DNA of 64,000 bases. Origin: Saprolegnia diclina VS20 (Eukaryota). A model generated the notes under the pieces. It searched no databases. It worked only from the letters and a program-made list of their open reading frames with translations, and had not been told where the DNA came from. The stretch lies in assembly GCF_000281045.1 (NCBI RefSeq), contig NW_008246072.1, positions 1,051,481 to 1,115,480 of the forward strand. Direction: 5' to 3'. The position numbers and the translations under genes were made by a program. Within the stretch, counting starts at the first letter, position 1; every line of letters starts with the position of its first letter. Positions 1-11,635 of the stretch are shown one piece after another.

Positions 1-18
1 TCGCACTGGGCAGCCAAG

Positions 19-1047
19 GTGACCGAGCTCGACTATCTCGATAGCGAACGCCCGCAGGACCTCGCCGAATACTGCCGAGTGCTATCGCAGTGCACGAACC
101 TCAAGCGCGTGTCGATCCAAGGGAGCGGACGCGAGGTGCTCGAGGTTGTGACGGCGCCAACCCACCACGTGTCGGACCTCTTTCTCCTCTGCATGCAGGA
201 TTGGACCGACTTGGTGGCGCCCATGTCTCGATGGCTCGCGTCAGGCCATGCGATGCACTTGCGGCTTACGGGCTTGGGCTACGGCACAGGCCATTGCGAA
301 TACTTGACCGACGCGCTTGCGACGTCTCCGACGCTATCACACTTGTACTTGGATGCGCCGTTGATTCTTCTGGCCAGTCTTGTCGGCAGTGGTCGTCAGC
401 TTCGCCACATCACGCAGTTTGAGTGCGCTGGCCTCGGCGCCGGCCAAGATTTTCAAGCCATCTTTGTACTGCTGCCCTTGGACAAGCTCACAAAGCTGCG
501 GCTCTATGGCGCTCCCGTTGACAACACGAACCTGAGCTGGCTCCTGCCACGTTTGCATTTAATGACGGCGCTGGAGGACCTCCACCTTTCCGATGTTCGC
601 ATGGTGGAAGCGCTCGCCATGCCCCTGACGCCGTCACTCGCGCCGCGCCTCCGGAGCGTCAGGCTCCCCAAGGTCTCTTGCTCGGTCGAGAGCCGCCGTG
701 CGCTTCTCGGCTGGGCACTGCACTCCAATCGCCTCGAATGCCTCACCTGGCCGCAGTGTGCGACTGATGACGGCCATTGTTTTGATGGCGACGGCCTTTG
801 TCATGCGATTGAAGCCGGCGTACGCACCATCGACTTGAAAGGAAGCTTCAGTAGACGCGATGCGATGGCCTTGGCAAACGTCCTCCGTGGCGCCAAGGCC
901 CCGCACAGCGCAACGCTATGCCTGCACCACAGTCCGCTCCGTCGCGCGGGTGAGCTCCACCTGCAAAAGGCGCTCGCCACGTGCACCAACGTCGTCATCA
1001 CGACTAGGGATTCGGACAACGCCATCCGCACCCTTCTTGCTGCCTAG
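19..1047 (+). CDS. RNI-like/leucine-rich repeat hypothetical protein (probably 5'-partial)
   Basis: 342-aa ORF with no ATG at its start. Repeated LxxLxL motifs (CTNLKRVSI, PTLSHLYLD, KLTKLRLYG, ALEDLHLSD, RLRSVRL). Confidence 0.65.
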   Translation: MTELDYLDSERPQDLAEYCRVLSQCTNLKRVSIQGSGREVLEVVTAPTHHVSDLFLLCMQDWTDLVAPMSRWLASGHAMHLRLTGLGYGTGHCEYLTDALATSPTLSHLYLDAPLILLASLVGSGRQLRHITQFECAGLGAGQDFQAIFVLLPLDKLTKLRLYGAPVDNTNLSWLLPRLHLMTALEDLHLSDVRMVEALAMPLTPSLAPRLRSVRLPKVSCSVESRRALLGWALHSNRLECLTWPQCATDDGHCFDGDGLCHAIEAGVRTIDLKGSFSRRDAMALANVLRGAKAPHSATLCLHHSPLRRAGELHLQKALATCTNVVITTRDSDNAIRTLLAA

Positions 1048-1199
1048 CGAGGTGCGGAAGCAAGTACGCAGCCGGGTGCGCGGCTAGGCCCGTGTTTCGA
1101 GTACGTTCAAGGCGAGATCACGATTTTGTTCAAGTCGCATATTTTCGAGCAGTTCGAAAATTCAATGTCCTACTTGCAAGCGAACGATGCTTCAGGGTT

Positions 1200-1826
1200 T
1201 TATTGTCCCCATTGCGCGGCGGTGGCAACCCACTGCTGGTTGAGCGCCGGGGGCCCGGTGTTGGCCGATAGCAAGAGCTTGCCGTTGACTTGCGTCACGT
1301 AGTCGGCGCCGATGCGAAAGGCGATCGTGGCACCGCCTGCAACGTCATCGCACGAGAATAGCATCGCGTCGATCGTACTGGACTTCCATTGAAAGCACTT
1401 GACTTGGCCCGAGACAGCTTCACAAGACACATGCGCCTTCGTGTAGGGGGTAAAAATATACCGGTTGGGTTCCAGCGGCGTGAGAAGCAACGTCGTGGCC
1501 GATGACGCCACGACGGCGTTCATATCGTCGTCGAGGCCCCACATACCAGAATTGTCGGCCGCCGTCAGTTTGAGTGGCACCTGGCTCTGAGCTGCCGCGA
1601 TCAACGCGCAACTGAGAGGCGGGCCAGGCGTAGGTGCGGGCGTCGGTGCGGGCGTCGGTGCGGGCGTCGGTGCAGGCGTCGGTGCAGGCGTCGGTGCAGG
1701 CGTCGGTGCAGGCGTCGGTGCAGGCGTGACAGTGGGGGTTGGTTGGTCGTAGCAACCAGCATGCTCCTCGCCGACGGCGGCGAGGAAGCTTCCGAGAAGC
1801 ACCACCGAGAGCAAAGTCCACTGCAT
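1200..1826 (-). CDS. Secreted protein: signal peptide, (PTPA)n linker, C-terminal possible beta-trefoil/lectin-like domain
   Basis: ATG at 1826 gives hydrophobic [19 protein letters not shown], then a Pro/Thr linker and a Cys-containing domain ending ...NQQWV. Confidence 0.7.
   Translation of the reverse strand: MQWTLLSVVLLGSFLAAVGEEHAGCYDQPTPTVTPAPTPAPTPAPTPAPTPAPTPAPTPAPTPAPTPGPPLSCALIAAAQSQVPLKLTAADNSGMWGLDDDMNAVVASSATTLLLTPLEPNRYIFTPYTKAHVSCEAVSGQVKCFQWKSSTIDAMLFSCDDVAGGATIAFRIGADYVTQVNGKLLLSANTGPPALNQQWVATAAQWGQ
1626..1727. repeat. 12-bp coding minisatellite (GGCGTCGGTGCR, ~8 copies) encoding PTPA repeats
   Basis: Direct tandem copies visible in the sequence. Confidence 0.9.
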
Positions 1827-2633
1827 GGGTTGGCGGCAAAGTGCGATCAATCGTTATGCATCTGCCTCTGGTTGGTCAGAATGGGCGCAGCCTGCTTCGA
1901 CTTCGAAATCGAAGTTTTCCGCGCGATGGGACGAGCAGTCACGAACAACAGAAGAACAGAAGCACAGAAGGACAGAAGTCCAAGCAGCAAAACAAGACAA
2001 GGCACAGAGCGGCCCCGCTCTCATCATTCCGCATTTTGCAGCCCGTACGTAGCAAATTAGCTAACCCACCTCGCCCACCACTGGGCAGGCGGGGCACCAA
2101 TACACTCGTTACCCCCAATCTGCTCGGCCGTCTGCGAGGAACAGGGATGACCAGGGATGGTGCACTCTGTAGAGATTCGGCAAGGATCGATTCAGAACTC
2201 TCAACTGTTGTGTCTATGCCGCATCATGCGGTCCTGCGATGTCTTGCTTTTCATTCCGAATATTAAATGCGCCTTAAATACGCTAGTGCCACGCCATCCC
2301 GGGGTTCGAAGCGGGGGACTCAACCTACTCATATGCACTCACGCAACGAGGTGCCTGAGTGAATAGCGATTCACTTTTAGTGAATCTACTCATGAATAGG
2401 AAACGCGACTCAACTGGTATTCACCCACCATCCCTGGCCCCAACCGACGACCGCACGGCGACACCATCTTCCCTGTATACCCCACCCCATTCTCCGAACG
2501 TGAGACCTCCTCGCGGTTCTTCACAGTCCTTTTCTACTCCTCTACCCGTACCCCGAGGACGCAAAAGCAAGCGCGCGGCAATTATCCCTCCTCAAACCCA
2601 CCTCAAACCCAACAACTTTTTTGCCATTTTGCA

Positions 2634-2715
2634 TGGAATAATATTAGTACAGTAATAGTGCACTTCGAACATATGAAAACACAGATGTTCAAAGTGCACT
2701 ACTAATATTATTCCA
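2634..2715. repeat. Inverted repeat/hairpin with ~31-bp arms
   Basis: TGGAATAATATTAGTA[cagtaata]GTGCACTTCGAACAT ... ATGTTCAAAGTGCACTACTAATATTATTCCA: one mismatch and one 8-nt bulge. Confidence 0.8.
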
Positions 2716-3785
2716 ATCAGAGCGCATCGAAGATGTCGTCAGGTGCTGCCAGCTCATCTGTGCAGCCAGGAAGATGTGTCCGGACGAACTGCCTAATATT
2801 CATATTTCATATGCAGAGAACACGTGGACTGGTGGTGTTCATGCGCGAGGAACACTTGGGAACACGGATACAATGGGTCCCTTTGTGCGGGATTGAATTA
2901 CAAATATAATAAAAACAGCTGGTCCAACGAGCGATAGCGAACAGAAGATTTGCATGGCGGATGTTGTCCAATCAAGGAGCACACTTTAACCCTCTATTGT
3001 CCAGTGTCTATTGTCAGCGACTGACAGACTGACCTCATTTATGGGTCAGTGTGTGAGTCTACGACCTCAAGCTGGCACGCTTGGTCTGTTGGGCGCACGC
3101 GGCCCCAACCACGGGATTCCCTCGGCTCCAGCTGACGGCCCTGGCACAGTACGATCGTACCAGGGGCCGTGTGCAACCCAGCTGTGTGCAACCGGTCATA
3201 TTGTATTTCTACAATTGTACAGGTAGAATAGGAGCACCAAGCGTACATTGAATCTTATCTTGTCATGCGTCAAGGATGCGGACCTAACCGGTTGAACGCT
3301 AAAACGTTATGTTACTGGCCTGGGTTAAACCCTGTTACGTCTGTAACGTAGCAGGCCATAACGCATTTCAGGTACGCAGCAGCTAGCGTGCCCAGCCCAT
3401 ACCGGTACGTGCTCACTGGAACACTCTCAGCACACTAAGCACATCAACACCGCAGCCATGCGCATATGTGTTATTCATCGTCTAGTACAAAGCCGAAAGC
3501 ACGATGCCATTGCCAAAAAGTGCTGCCAGAGTGACCTTGGTCGACCGCACAATAGGGTCCGCAGAAAGGGCGTATTGCGGGTACGACGCGACGTTGGTGT
3601 CCGGGAGCGGTGGCAAGGGGCTTGCAGGTAGAGTTAGAGGCGCCAAAGACGGGCGGGGCCCAAGGGCGACGAGCTCTTGGGACTCGGCGAGGTCGGTCAT
3701 GGCATGAGTGGATGATAACGCCGAGTCGTCCGGTCCCAGCAATGCGAGGATCACAGACCAGAACGCAATGACGTCTGCGCCTTGC

Positions 3786-4800
3786 TCAATCACTGGGTCT
3801 TCGGACTCGGTCATCCCCGTGGCGTCGAGCTCGTCCCGAAATTCCAGAGGCCATCGCGGCCGCGGCTACGCGGTGTGGCTCGAGGTCGAGCCGACGGCGC
3901 TCCTGCAGTTGGACTATGCGCTTCTTGGGCTTACCCGACGGAAGGGCGTCGATCGACTTGCGCTGCGTGGTCACGATGTGGTGCTTGACGTGCGCAATGG
4001 CCTCGGTTGTCGCCTTGGCCATGCGGTTGCGGGACTTGGTATGGATCATAGCAAAATCTTTGAAGAGCCGTTCGCACGATGCCGACTGACAGACAATCGA
4101 GAGGATGCGCATCGCTAGCTTGGCCATCTTGGACACGCGTGGCGAGAGGTACGTCCAGTATTGCGGCCGGTTCGCGGGTCCATGGGTAAGCCCAAGCTCG
4201 CGTCGTTACCGATGAACGCGAGCACAGTCATGAGCAGGCCGTCCGAATTGGCGAACTTCTTGGAGTAGAAGACGGCCGTGTTGGCGAGGTCGCTGGCGCA
4301 GAGCAGCGAGAGGGGCGCAATGGGGCTCTGGTGGGCAGCAAACTCGAGAGATTCTCCTTCGTTCGACCGGTTGTGGTTCGCCAATCGCGCATACATGTAC
4401 TTGTCGTCCTGGTGAAAGAAAAAGGCGACTACAAATAATGGATGCTCCTCAGCAGGCAAGCGTTGGGCCGTTCTTTTGCATGAGGAATGAAGCTTCTACA
4501 AGCGGTCGCAACGCCGCCTCCGCTGCATCGACGTCCGTCCAGATGCTGGGCTCGCTGTAGACGACACCTGCGGAGGGAAACTGCTGCACACGCAGGCTTC
4601 GTGTGTGCTTTAACCCTTCACCGCCCAACTTTTATAATTCAAGTACGTTGCCGCTTTTGCAGCCTCGATTGACGTTATTTGGCGTGTGATGGGAGCTTCC
4701 ACAGTTGGCAGGTTGATACACGCGTCGCTGCTCGGTGTCGACAAGGACATAACTCTACGATATATACACTCCATGCCAGTTCCCATGTAACACAGCACGC
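3786..4800 (-). mobile_element. Degenerate hAT-family transposase remnant (frameshifted)
   Basis: LAMRILSIVCQSASCERLFKDFAMIHTKSRNRM matches the hAT C-terminal dimerisation motif. EHPLFVVAFFFH lies upstream in another frame. The 5' limit is approximate. Confidence 0.75.
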
Positions 4801-5277
4801 AGTAAGGAATTCGCGGTCATCCTAGCCCAGTTCAGTTGGTCGGAACCTCGATGGACTAAAGCGAACTGATACTATTTCGGCTTCACATTAAATGCGAATT
4901 CATCTTATAGTGTTGTACTTGTGTGAGCAAACCCGTGGAGCCAACAAGGAAAGCAACGAGAACGAAGCAACGGACAACGCTCTTAATGCATTGCAGCGCC
5001 TTGCATGCGCCGTCGCAGCGTAAATGCAGCGTCCAGGCCCAGACAACTGATTTCGTATACTATTTGCTGTCAAAAAGCATGAAATAATGTGATTTAGTCG
5101 GCCGCCATAGAACAGGCATGGATCTGATTATGACCGCATGGCCGACAAGAGTAGGTGGTGCATTTTTATTGATTTCTTCGACTCTGGAACTAGGTATTTG
5201 TATTGATATTAAAACCAAATGAATTAAAATTTGGACGCAACCCAGCTTCCGAGGTTACATTTGAACCTGCGCCGCCA

Positions 5278-6438
5278 ATGCCACCATTCGCGACGGCGCC
5301 GACGCCGACGCCATGGAGCTGCATGGCCGCGCCCATGACCGCGATGGAAGAGGTCGCATGCGACCCGCTGGACCACGATGACCTCTTCGCCATGATGGAC
5401 TCGTCCTTCCCGATGCTCGACGAGGCGCCGGCCAAGAAGCCCGAAGAAGCCGCCAAGCCGGCCATGAAGGGCGAGAAGCGCAAGCTCCAGGTGCGTGAAG
5501 CGTCACGCCGCTGTCGCCTCAAGCAGAAGGAAGAGGTATCGTACCTCCGGTCGCGCGTCGCCGAGCTCGAGCAGCTCGTGCGCGATCAAGCAATGGTCCC
5601 GCCGCCGACCACCGACGCGCTTGAAGTCCAGTCGCTGCGGCAGCAAAACAAGGATCTTACGGACGCACTGACGCGATCGCAGTCGCAAATGGTGCTCATC
5701 CAAGCGCTGCTCAACAAGACGCTCCTGGAGACGATGCAGTCGATGCCGGTGACGTCGCCGCCGTCGTCGCCACCCGCCTCGTCGATCGTCTCGGACGCCC
5801 AGCGCCTGCGCTTCGCCTCGGTCGTCGACTGCGCGTTTGCGACGCTCACGCACTTTGCGCTGCCGCAGGTCCATGGCGCCCCAATCCTCTCGATCACGCC
5901 GTCGGCCAACTCGTGGTTTGGCGAAATCTGGAGCGTCGGCTCCGAGCTCTTTGTGTGCATGACCAAGGAGCTTCCATCGACCAGTCTCCTGCGTACGAAC
6001 ATGGTCGCAGACCGCGTCTGGGAGCGCTCGGCGGCGGTCTCGTTTGCCAACAGCGCCTACACGCTCATGCGTCAACGGAAGCTCGTCGAGGTCGACGCCA
6101 ACACGCACGTGTACGAGCGGCTCGAGTCGGTGCTCGAGATGAAGCTCCTCTCGCAGCACTCGGCCAAGTTTCGTCGGGCAGTCTCGCCCACGACGGTGCT
6201 CATCGGGACCGCGACCGTTAACGGTGGCGCCGACGAAGCCACAACGACCAAGTACACGCCTGGCAAGGAGCAGCTCGGCTTGCTTTTGCACTCGGTACCC
6301 GACTCGCCACTACTCGCCTCCGTCCAGCTTGTCGGGACGTACGATGTTGTGGGCGTCCCGCCTGCCGAGGTCCATGCCCGCCTCTCCAAGCACGTGCTGG
6401 AGCTCGCACAGACGCTCGAGCAGCAGCTCTTGCTCTGA
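5278..6438 (+). CDS. bZIP transcription factor with a C-terminal START-like region
   Basis: Basic region KRKLQVREASRRCRLKQK is followed by a leucine zipper (LRSRVAELEQLV ... LRQQNKDLTDAL). First ATG at 5278. The START-like call is tentative. Confidence 0.8.
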   Translation: MPPFATAPTPTPWSCMAAPMTAMEEVACDPLDHDDLFAMMDSSFPMLDEAPAKKPEEAAKPAMKGEKRKLQVREASRRCRLKQKEEVSYLRSRVAELEQLVRDQAMVPPPTTDALEVQSLRQQNKDLTDALTRSQSQMVLIQALLNKTLLETMQSMPVTSPPSSPPASSIVSDAQRLRFASVVDCAFATLTHFALPQVHGAPILSITPSANSWFGEIWSVGSELFVCMTKELPSTSLLRTNMVADRVWERSAAVSFANSAYTLMRQRKLVEVDANTHVYERLESVLEMKLLSQHSAKFRRAVSPTTVLIGTATVNGGADEATTTKYTPGKEQLGLLLHSVPDSPLLASVQLVGTYDVVGVPPAEVHARLSKHVLELAQTLEQQLLL

Positions 6439-7192
6439 GCGCATTCATCTCGGTATTGACTTGGAGGACGCTGGTATATTTAAGAGATGTGAATATTGCG
6501 TGTGTATACAGTGTCTCCAGAATCAACTTGGTGTCCACTCGAATGCGAATGCGAAGATACGACAACTCTGATAGGGCTTGGACCCTAACCCTCCTACGTA
6601 CTAGAACGAAGCATGAATCCACCGACGGGGCAAAGATGGTCCTTGTGGCACGTAGAGAGCAACGTCGGTCGAGCTCGGCATTGGCTTGGCCATCAGCCAT
6701 TATGTTTCACTACACAGATGGCGTCTCGACTCGACCGTGGCGGTGCCCACAGTTTGCAAAACACATCCCCAGCGACCCAGAGGTTGAGTCGCAGAATCAA
6801 CGAAGCCACCCGGCATTCAGCGACCGCTGCAGATCGGCCAAGCTTGTCGGCTTCTCGGCATACGATGTGAGCCGGAACGCGCGGCTGAGTTGCTGCGGCG
6901 TCAGCGCCGGCGGCTTGCGAGGGCGAGCCGGTGCCTCGTTCACTGTGGTGCAGCGTGTGTGGGCATCGTCATCGCAACCCACCTTCGCTGCTTAATTAGG
7001 CTATATTTCGGCCAAAGCCCGAAATTTGAAGTTCACGGAAGGCCCAAGCGATGTTCTGCTTGCCCTCCTGCTGCCATTATTATTTCGGAGACCAAGGCAA
7101 GAAAGAGTGTGATGTTTCGGCCAAAGCGTCCAGGTGACGTGCTCGTGATGATGTTTGTTCATAGGAGCGATACCTCTGGCGGCGTATCCTCT

Positions 7193-8656
7193 TTACATGT
7201 ACTCGAGATCCGTGTCGTCAAGCTCGACGACGGCGCTCGCTTGCTTGGCGAGGTCGTTCTCATCGTCCGAGTCGACGTCCTTGTCATCGTCGTCGAGGTC
7301 GGGGAGCGGGAAGCGAAGCAGCGCCGCCACGCCGCTGAGTTGCCCGAGCTTGTCGCCCGACACGTGGAGGCTGCTGAAGACGCGGACGTGGCCGCCGTTC
7401 GCGCGCACGTTCTCGACCAAGTCAATGTACTTGCGGCGCACCGCGAGGTCCTGGCTGCGGAAGAGCGCATCCGTGATGAGGAGCGTGTCGATGGCCATCT
7501 GCGTGTTGGCCTTGACGACGTGCTATGTCGCATTCTGTCATGAGACACATACGAGCGATGCTAGCGTACGTTGTAGCCATAGTACGCCTTGTCTTGGTCG
7601 GTGTGGAGCATCTCAAAGAACGTTTCAAGGCACTTGACGTCGCCGGCCGCTTTGGTGTCTTCAAGCTGCACTTGGACTTTCTACCTCGATAAGGTCGCGT
7701 CTGAGACGACGATGAGGAGAGACATACCGGGTCTGTGAGCACTTCGTCGAGCGCGTGCTTGTGGCCGGACGACGCGTGGCAGAGAATAAACTTGGCCTTG
7801 TTCTCGAGGAGGACTTTGTCGTCGGATCGCACCGCGTACTCCATCATAAACTTGTAAAAGTCGTCCTTGACAAAGCCCGGACTCGCCAAGAGGACGCATT
7901 TGACCAAGCTAAAGTCGACGTGGCGCTTGATCGCCTACCACATGTCGGTTGCAGGTGGACGACGAGGGTGCAGGCAGCGAACCTGGACGATGCTGTCGTA
8001 GAATCGCTCCATGCCCTTGGCATGCGACGTGTTACCCGTGCGCTTGCGCGGAATTGACGTCTCGAGCTTGGCGCGGATCACCGTCATGTGCCCTTTGATG
8101 AGACAGAGGTGCGCGAGGCCGGCTTGCATGACCACCTACATTTGATGATGGTCAGAGCATGCGACGCGATCGAGGTGAAAACGTACGGCGGCGGCCTCGG
8201 CTTGCTTGGCCACGTTGCACGCCGTATCGATGCGCTCGAGTGTCATGACGTCCCAGCACTGCTTGGCGAGCGTAAAGTCCTTGTTGAGCTCCAAGTCGAT
8301 CGTGTGGTAGGCGCCCATCTACGTGCAAGGTGCTTAGCCGCCTCTCGCCGGTGAAGCGCATGGCCTACGCGAACGTGGGGGTTCTCCTCGACGTTCTTGC
8401 CGCGGATGCGCAAGAGACACTTGATCGGGTCAAAGTCAATGTGCTCCATCTGCAAGCAAAGCGTCATGCGCATGCGCTGGCTCGTGGTCGAGCCCGTTGC
8501 GCCTTCCTTGACGACCTTGCGCACGGTGGTTGTCTTGACCGTATCGCCCCGGTGCATGAGGTTGAAGACATGCCACATGTCTTCCGGGTCTTCGGCGCGG
8601 AGGACCACGCTGCCATTGCCGTCCTTCTCGCTGATGCTGCGCTTCAAGAGCTTCAT
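7193..8656 (-). CDS. PELO: Pelota/Dom34 ribosome-rescue factor (multi-exon)
   Basis: Motifs [67 protein letters not shown] and [24 protein letters not shown], spread across short introns. Confidence 0.95.
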
Positions 8657-9327
8657 GGCCACGTCCGATTGGGAACCCCAGCTTCCGCACGCATTAAAAT
8701 CGGCATCTCCACATACAAATACCAAGCTATATATTTCAGTTGTAGCAATCAAAGCGTGCATGCCATTGGCCAAAAAGCCGTGACAAAACCACGCTCGCTC
8801 GTTTCATTCGAATCGATTCGAGCCTTATATAACAGCTCAACATTTAAAAAGCACACGACCGACCATCGCCCACAGCAGGATATCTCCGCCGTTTGCAGAG
8901 CCATTCATGGGTGCTCGTACAATGCTATTGAACAGCAGATGGCGGTGGGCCTGTCGCCGTCGTCATCGACGCAAGCGGCCGAATAATTTTTTCGCGGCCA
9001 CGTACTGGTCCGTGGTTGCGCCACGTCAGCGGCGCAACCACCACTAGGTGCAGCGAACTTCACCTTCGATCCTCCCTCGCCCATCGCACTCCTTAGCCAC
9101 GCGTGATTTACCTCTGTGGAGTATGCAGATTCGGTCGACTTTGCCCATGCACGCTTCGCATGTGATATGCGAACGCGCTCAGATCTCGCCGACACCCGTT
9201 TCGAACCTCGATTGTTCGTTATTTTCTGCGGCTTTTCGAAAACCCGTTCGACGTACCATCAACACCCAACGCCATGCTATCGCCTTATAACTTTAGCCGC
9301 TCTATCTGCGGTCTACATCGTGCGTTT

Positions 9328-9882
9328 TCACGCCTTCAATCGCACGCTACTGTCGTCGTCGTCGTCTTCATCTTCGTCCGTGGTCGCCAGCATCGCGTCT
9401 GTCGCACTCTCGTCGGCGGCGTAGTGCTGACCACACACGCCGTGGGACCGCGCGAATTGGTGGCACCCACGCGCCTTGCAGCGGGCACCACCGCCGTGGA
9501 GGCGGCAGATGCCGTACGCCTGCGCCGTTGTCGAGCAGCCTTGGATCGTGCACTTGCGGCCACCACCGTGCTTGGTGCAGTAGCCGCCGCGCCGCGCGTA
9601 CGCGAGGCACCCGTCGCCCGCGCACTGTCGATTGCGGTTCTTGAGGCGCACGCACACCGGGCGCTTCTTGGGCGCCGCGTAGAGCGGCGAGGCCACGAGC
9701 GGTCGCCGGACCGGCGCGGCCATGAGCGACGCAAACGCAGGCAGCACAATGCGCGGCTCCGACATGGACATCGTCGTTGTCGTCTTGGACCGCACGTGGG
9801 CGAGGCAGGTGCCATGGAGCTTGGCGAACCGGTCGCAGCCTTCGACGACGCACACGCGGTACTTGAGCGGGCTCGTCGTCAT
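9328..9882 (-). CDS. Cys/His 'C-x4-C...CxxHGGG' repeat zinc-finger protein (WRKY19-like oomycete family)
   Basis: CVVEGCDRFAKLHGTCLAH, CAGDGCLAYARRGGYCTKHGGG, CTIQGCSTTAQAYGICRLHGGG, CKARGCHQFARSHGVCGQH. ATG at 9882. Confidence 0.85.
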   Translation of the reverse strand: MTTSPLKYRVCVVEGCDRFAKLHGTCLAHVRSKTTTTMSMSEPRIVLPAFASLMAAPVRRPLVASPLYAAPKKRPVCVRLKNRNRQCAGDGCLAYARRGGYCTKHGGGRKCTIQGCSTTAQAYGICRLHGGGARCKARGCHQFARSHGVCGQHYAADESATDAMLATTDEDEDDDDDSSVRLKA

Positions 9883-10873
9883 TCTCACTCGTTGGCCGTA
9901 AAATCGCAAGTGACTTGCGGAAGGCCCTCTAAGATATATATACTTTTTGGCGGAAACCGATTCGCAAGGCAAATCTCGTGCGGCGTGAAACGGTTCGCGC
10001 TTCGAACTTCGGACAATAGCCAATCAAGTGCGAGATACGTGGCACCGTGCGCGAAACGCATCGGCCTGTCCAGTATGTTTTCATCTATATCGGGCACGGC
10101 CTCGGTCGTGGTAGTATGAGCCAACGAACGCCACCGCATCGTCCCGCGAGGCGCGTAGTCGCAAGGGACGCGCATGTCTTCAGCCGCGACGCGCCGTCGA
10201 CCCGACGAGATGTGACTATTTGGGTGCACGACTGAACCATCAAGCGGGAGTGGTGTCGGAATACCGGACGTCGCCGTGTGTCCTGGCTCGATCATCTCGC
10301 ACGCCATTTCGACGGTCGAACGCACGGAGAAATCGAAGACGTTGGTGACGACGGCGAGTGGCCAGACACAGGCCTGTGACGAAACCACCGAAGCAAGTTC
10401 AGTGGCCTAGCACAACTCGTCCACGACCGCAGGGCCATCATCATGGTCATGTATGAAGCCGGGTCGCCAGTCGCACCCCCATGGCGTCGTCGTCTGTGTC
10501 GCCAGTCGTCCACCTCTTGGTCGGTCCGATGTTTGGAGGTGGTCGTGCACGCTGTTCTCTCCTCTTCCATGGCAACGACGACATCCCGGCCAACGAACCT
10601 GGTTTACTGTACGCAGTAGCTTTTGTGTCTCGGGCTGCAAAGGTGCATTCGCTAAGATGAGTATGCCGACCGCCATCCGACGTGTCTGGCCACGGCGCCA
10701 CGACCGCGACAAGCACTTTATGTAAACGAATATCAAAGTGGGACCGAGAAAAAGAAATTCGAAACAAATGATTCAAGAAATAAACAAACGGCCGCGTTCT
10801 TGAAGAAAGCCGGCGACGACGTCTGTCATTATTCTCGCTTTTCTTCTTCCGCGTCAAATCAACGACATCCACG

Positions 10874-11449
10874 ATGCTTCGCCTCATGCCGCGGGAGCGG
10901 TCGCGTTCCGAAGGCGCGTCAGCGCCCGTCCGAACGTTGCGCCGGTGCGCATCGCTCGACCTACGCCTCTGCTGCGTCTCGGCCTGTCGCCGGTACGCCA
11001 AAGAAGCCGACGTCTGCCTCCTCCACAACCGCGAGCGCACAACCCTCCGCCTCGCGCTCGAGCCCGTGCGCGAGATTCACCATGGCGCAACGGCAGCCAT
11101 CTCGACACCGCACGCGCAGCGTGACGCCTTCTCGTGGGCCGAACCGTCCATGCATCCCACGCGCGCCAAGGACACGTCGCGCCAGCTCGACGAGATCGCG
11201 CCCAACCGCAACGCGCGGTGCCGGGTCGCGTCGTGCACGTCGTATGCGCGCAACGGTGGCTGCTGCACGCGCCATGGCGGCGGGCGCAAGTGCCTCATGG
11301 AACACTGCACGACGCCATCTCAAACCGGCGGACTGTGCCGGCTCCACGGCGGCGGCACGCGCTGCAAGCTCGAAGGCTGCACGAAATTTGCTCGTGTGCG
11401 CGGCCTCTGCTCGGTGCACTTCCGCTTCGCCGACGTCCAGGGCATGTGA
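10874..11449 (+). CDS. Cys/His HGGG-repeat zinc-finger protein, paralog of 9328-9882
   Basis: CRVASCTSYARNGGCCTRHGGG, CLMEHCTTPSQTGGLCRLHGGG, CKLEGCTKFARVRGLCSVH. Confidence 0.85.
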   Translation: MLRLMPRERSRSEGASAPVRTLRRCASLDLRLCCVSACRRYAKEADVCLLHNRERTTLRLALEPVREIHHGATAAISTPHAQRDAFSWAEPSMHPTRAKDTSRQLDEIAPNRNARCRVASCTSYARNGGCCTRHGGGRKCLMEHCTTPSQTGGLCRLHGGGTRCKLEGCTKFARVRGLCSVHFRFADVQGM

Positions 11450-11635
11450 AACGCAAGGCGCGACGGACAACATCGCCGTAGGTCGTCGCCGCGTATTTAA
11501 TCTTATATATACTATATACCGCGCGCAAGAAACCTTCGTGTAATCGGTATAAGGTGCACGGGTGACTCAGATCGTGCCAACTTCAACCTGGCCCAACAAA
11601 GCGCCAGATTGCACTTGCCAGCTGGCTAAAGATAC

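Noticed and set aside
1626..1727. CRISPR-like array
   Set aside because: Contiguous 12-bp coding repeats with no spacers, in a eukaryotic context.
2296..2320. GGTTCGAAG B-box-like motif
   Set aside because: No T-arm stem, A box or cloverleaf around it.
3285..3375. Imperfect inverted repeats and AACG/CGTT motifs as the hAT terminus
   Set aside because: No matching terminal inverted repeat or 8-bp target-site duplication could be found at the other end.
9885..10600. Possible gene between the two zinc-finger genes
   Set aside because: Only fragmentary ORFs in several frames, with no recognisable motif or consistent splice model.
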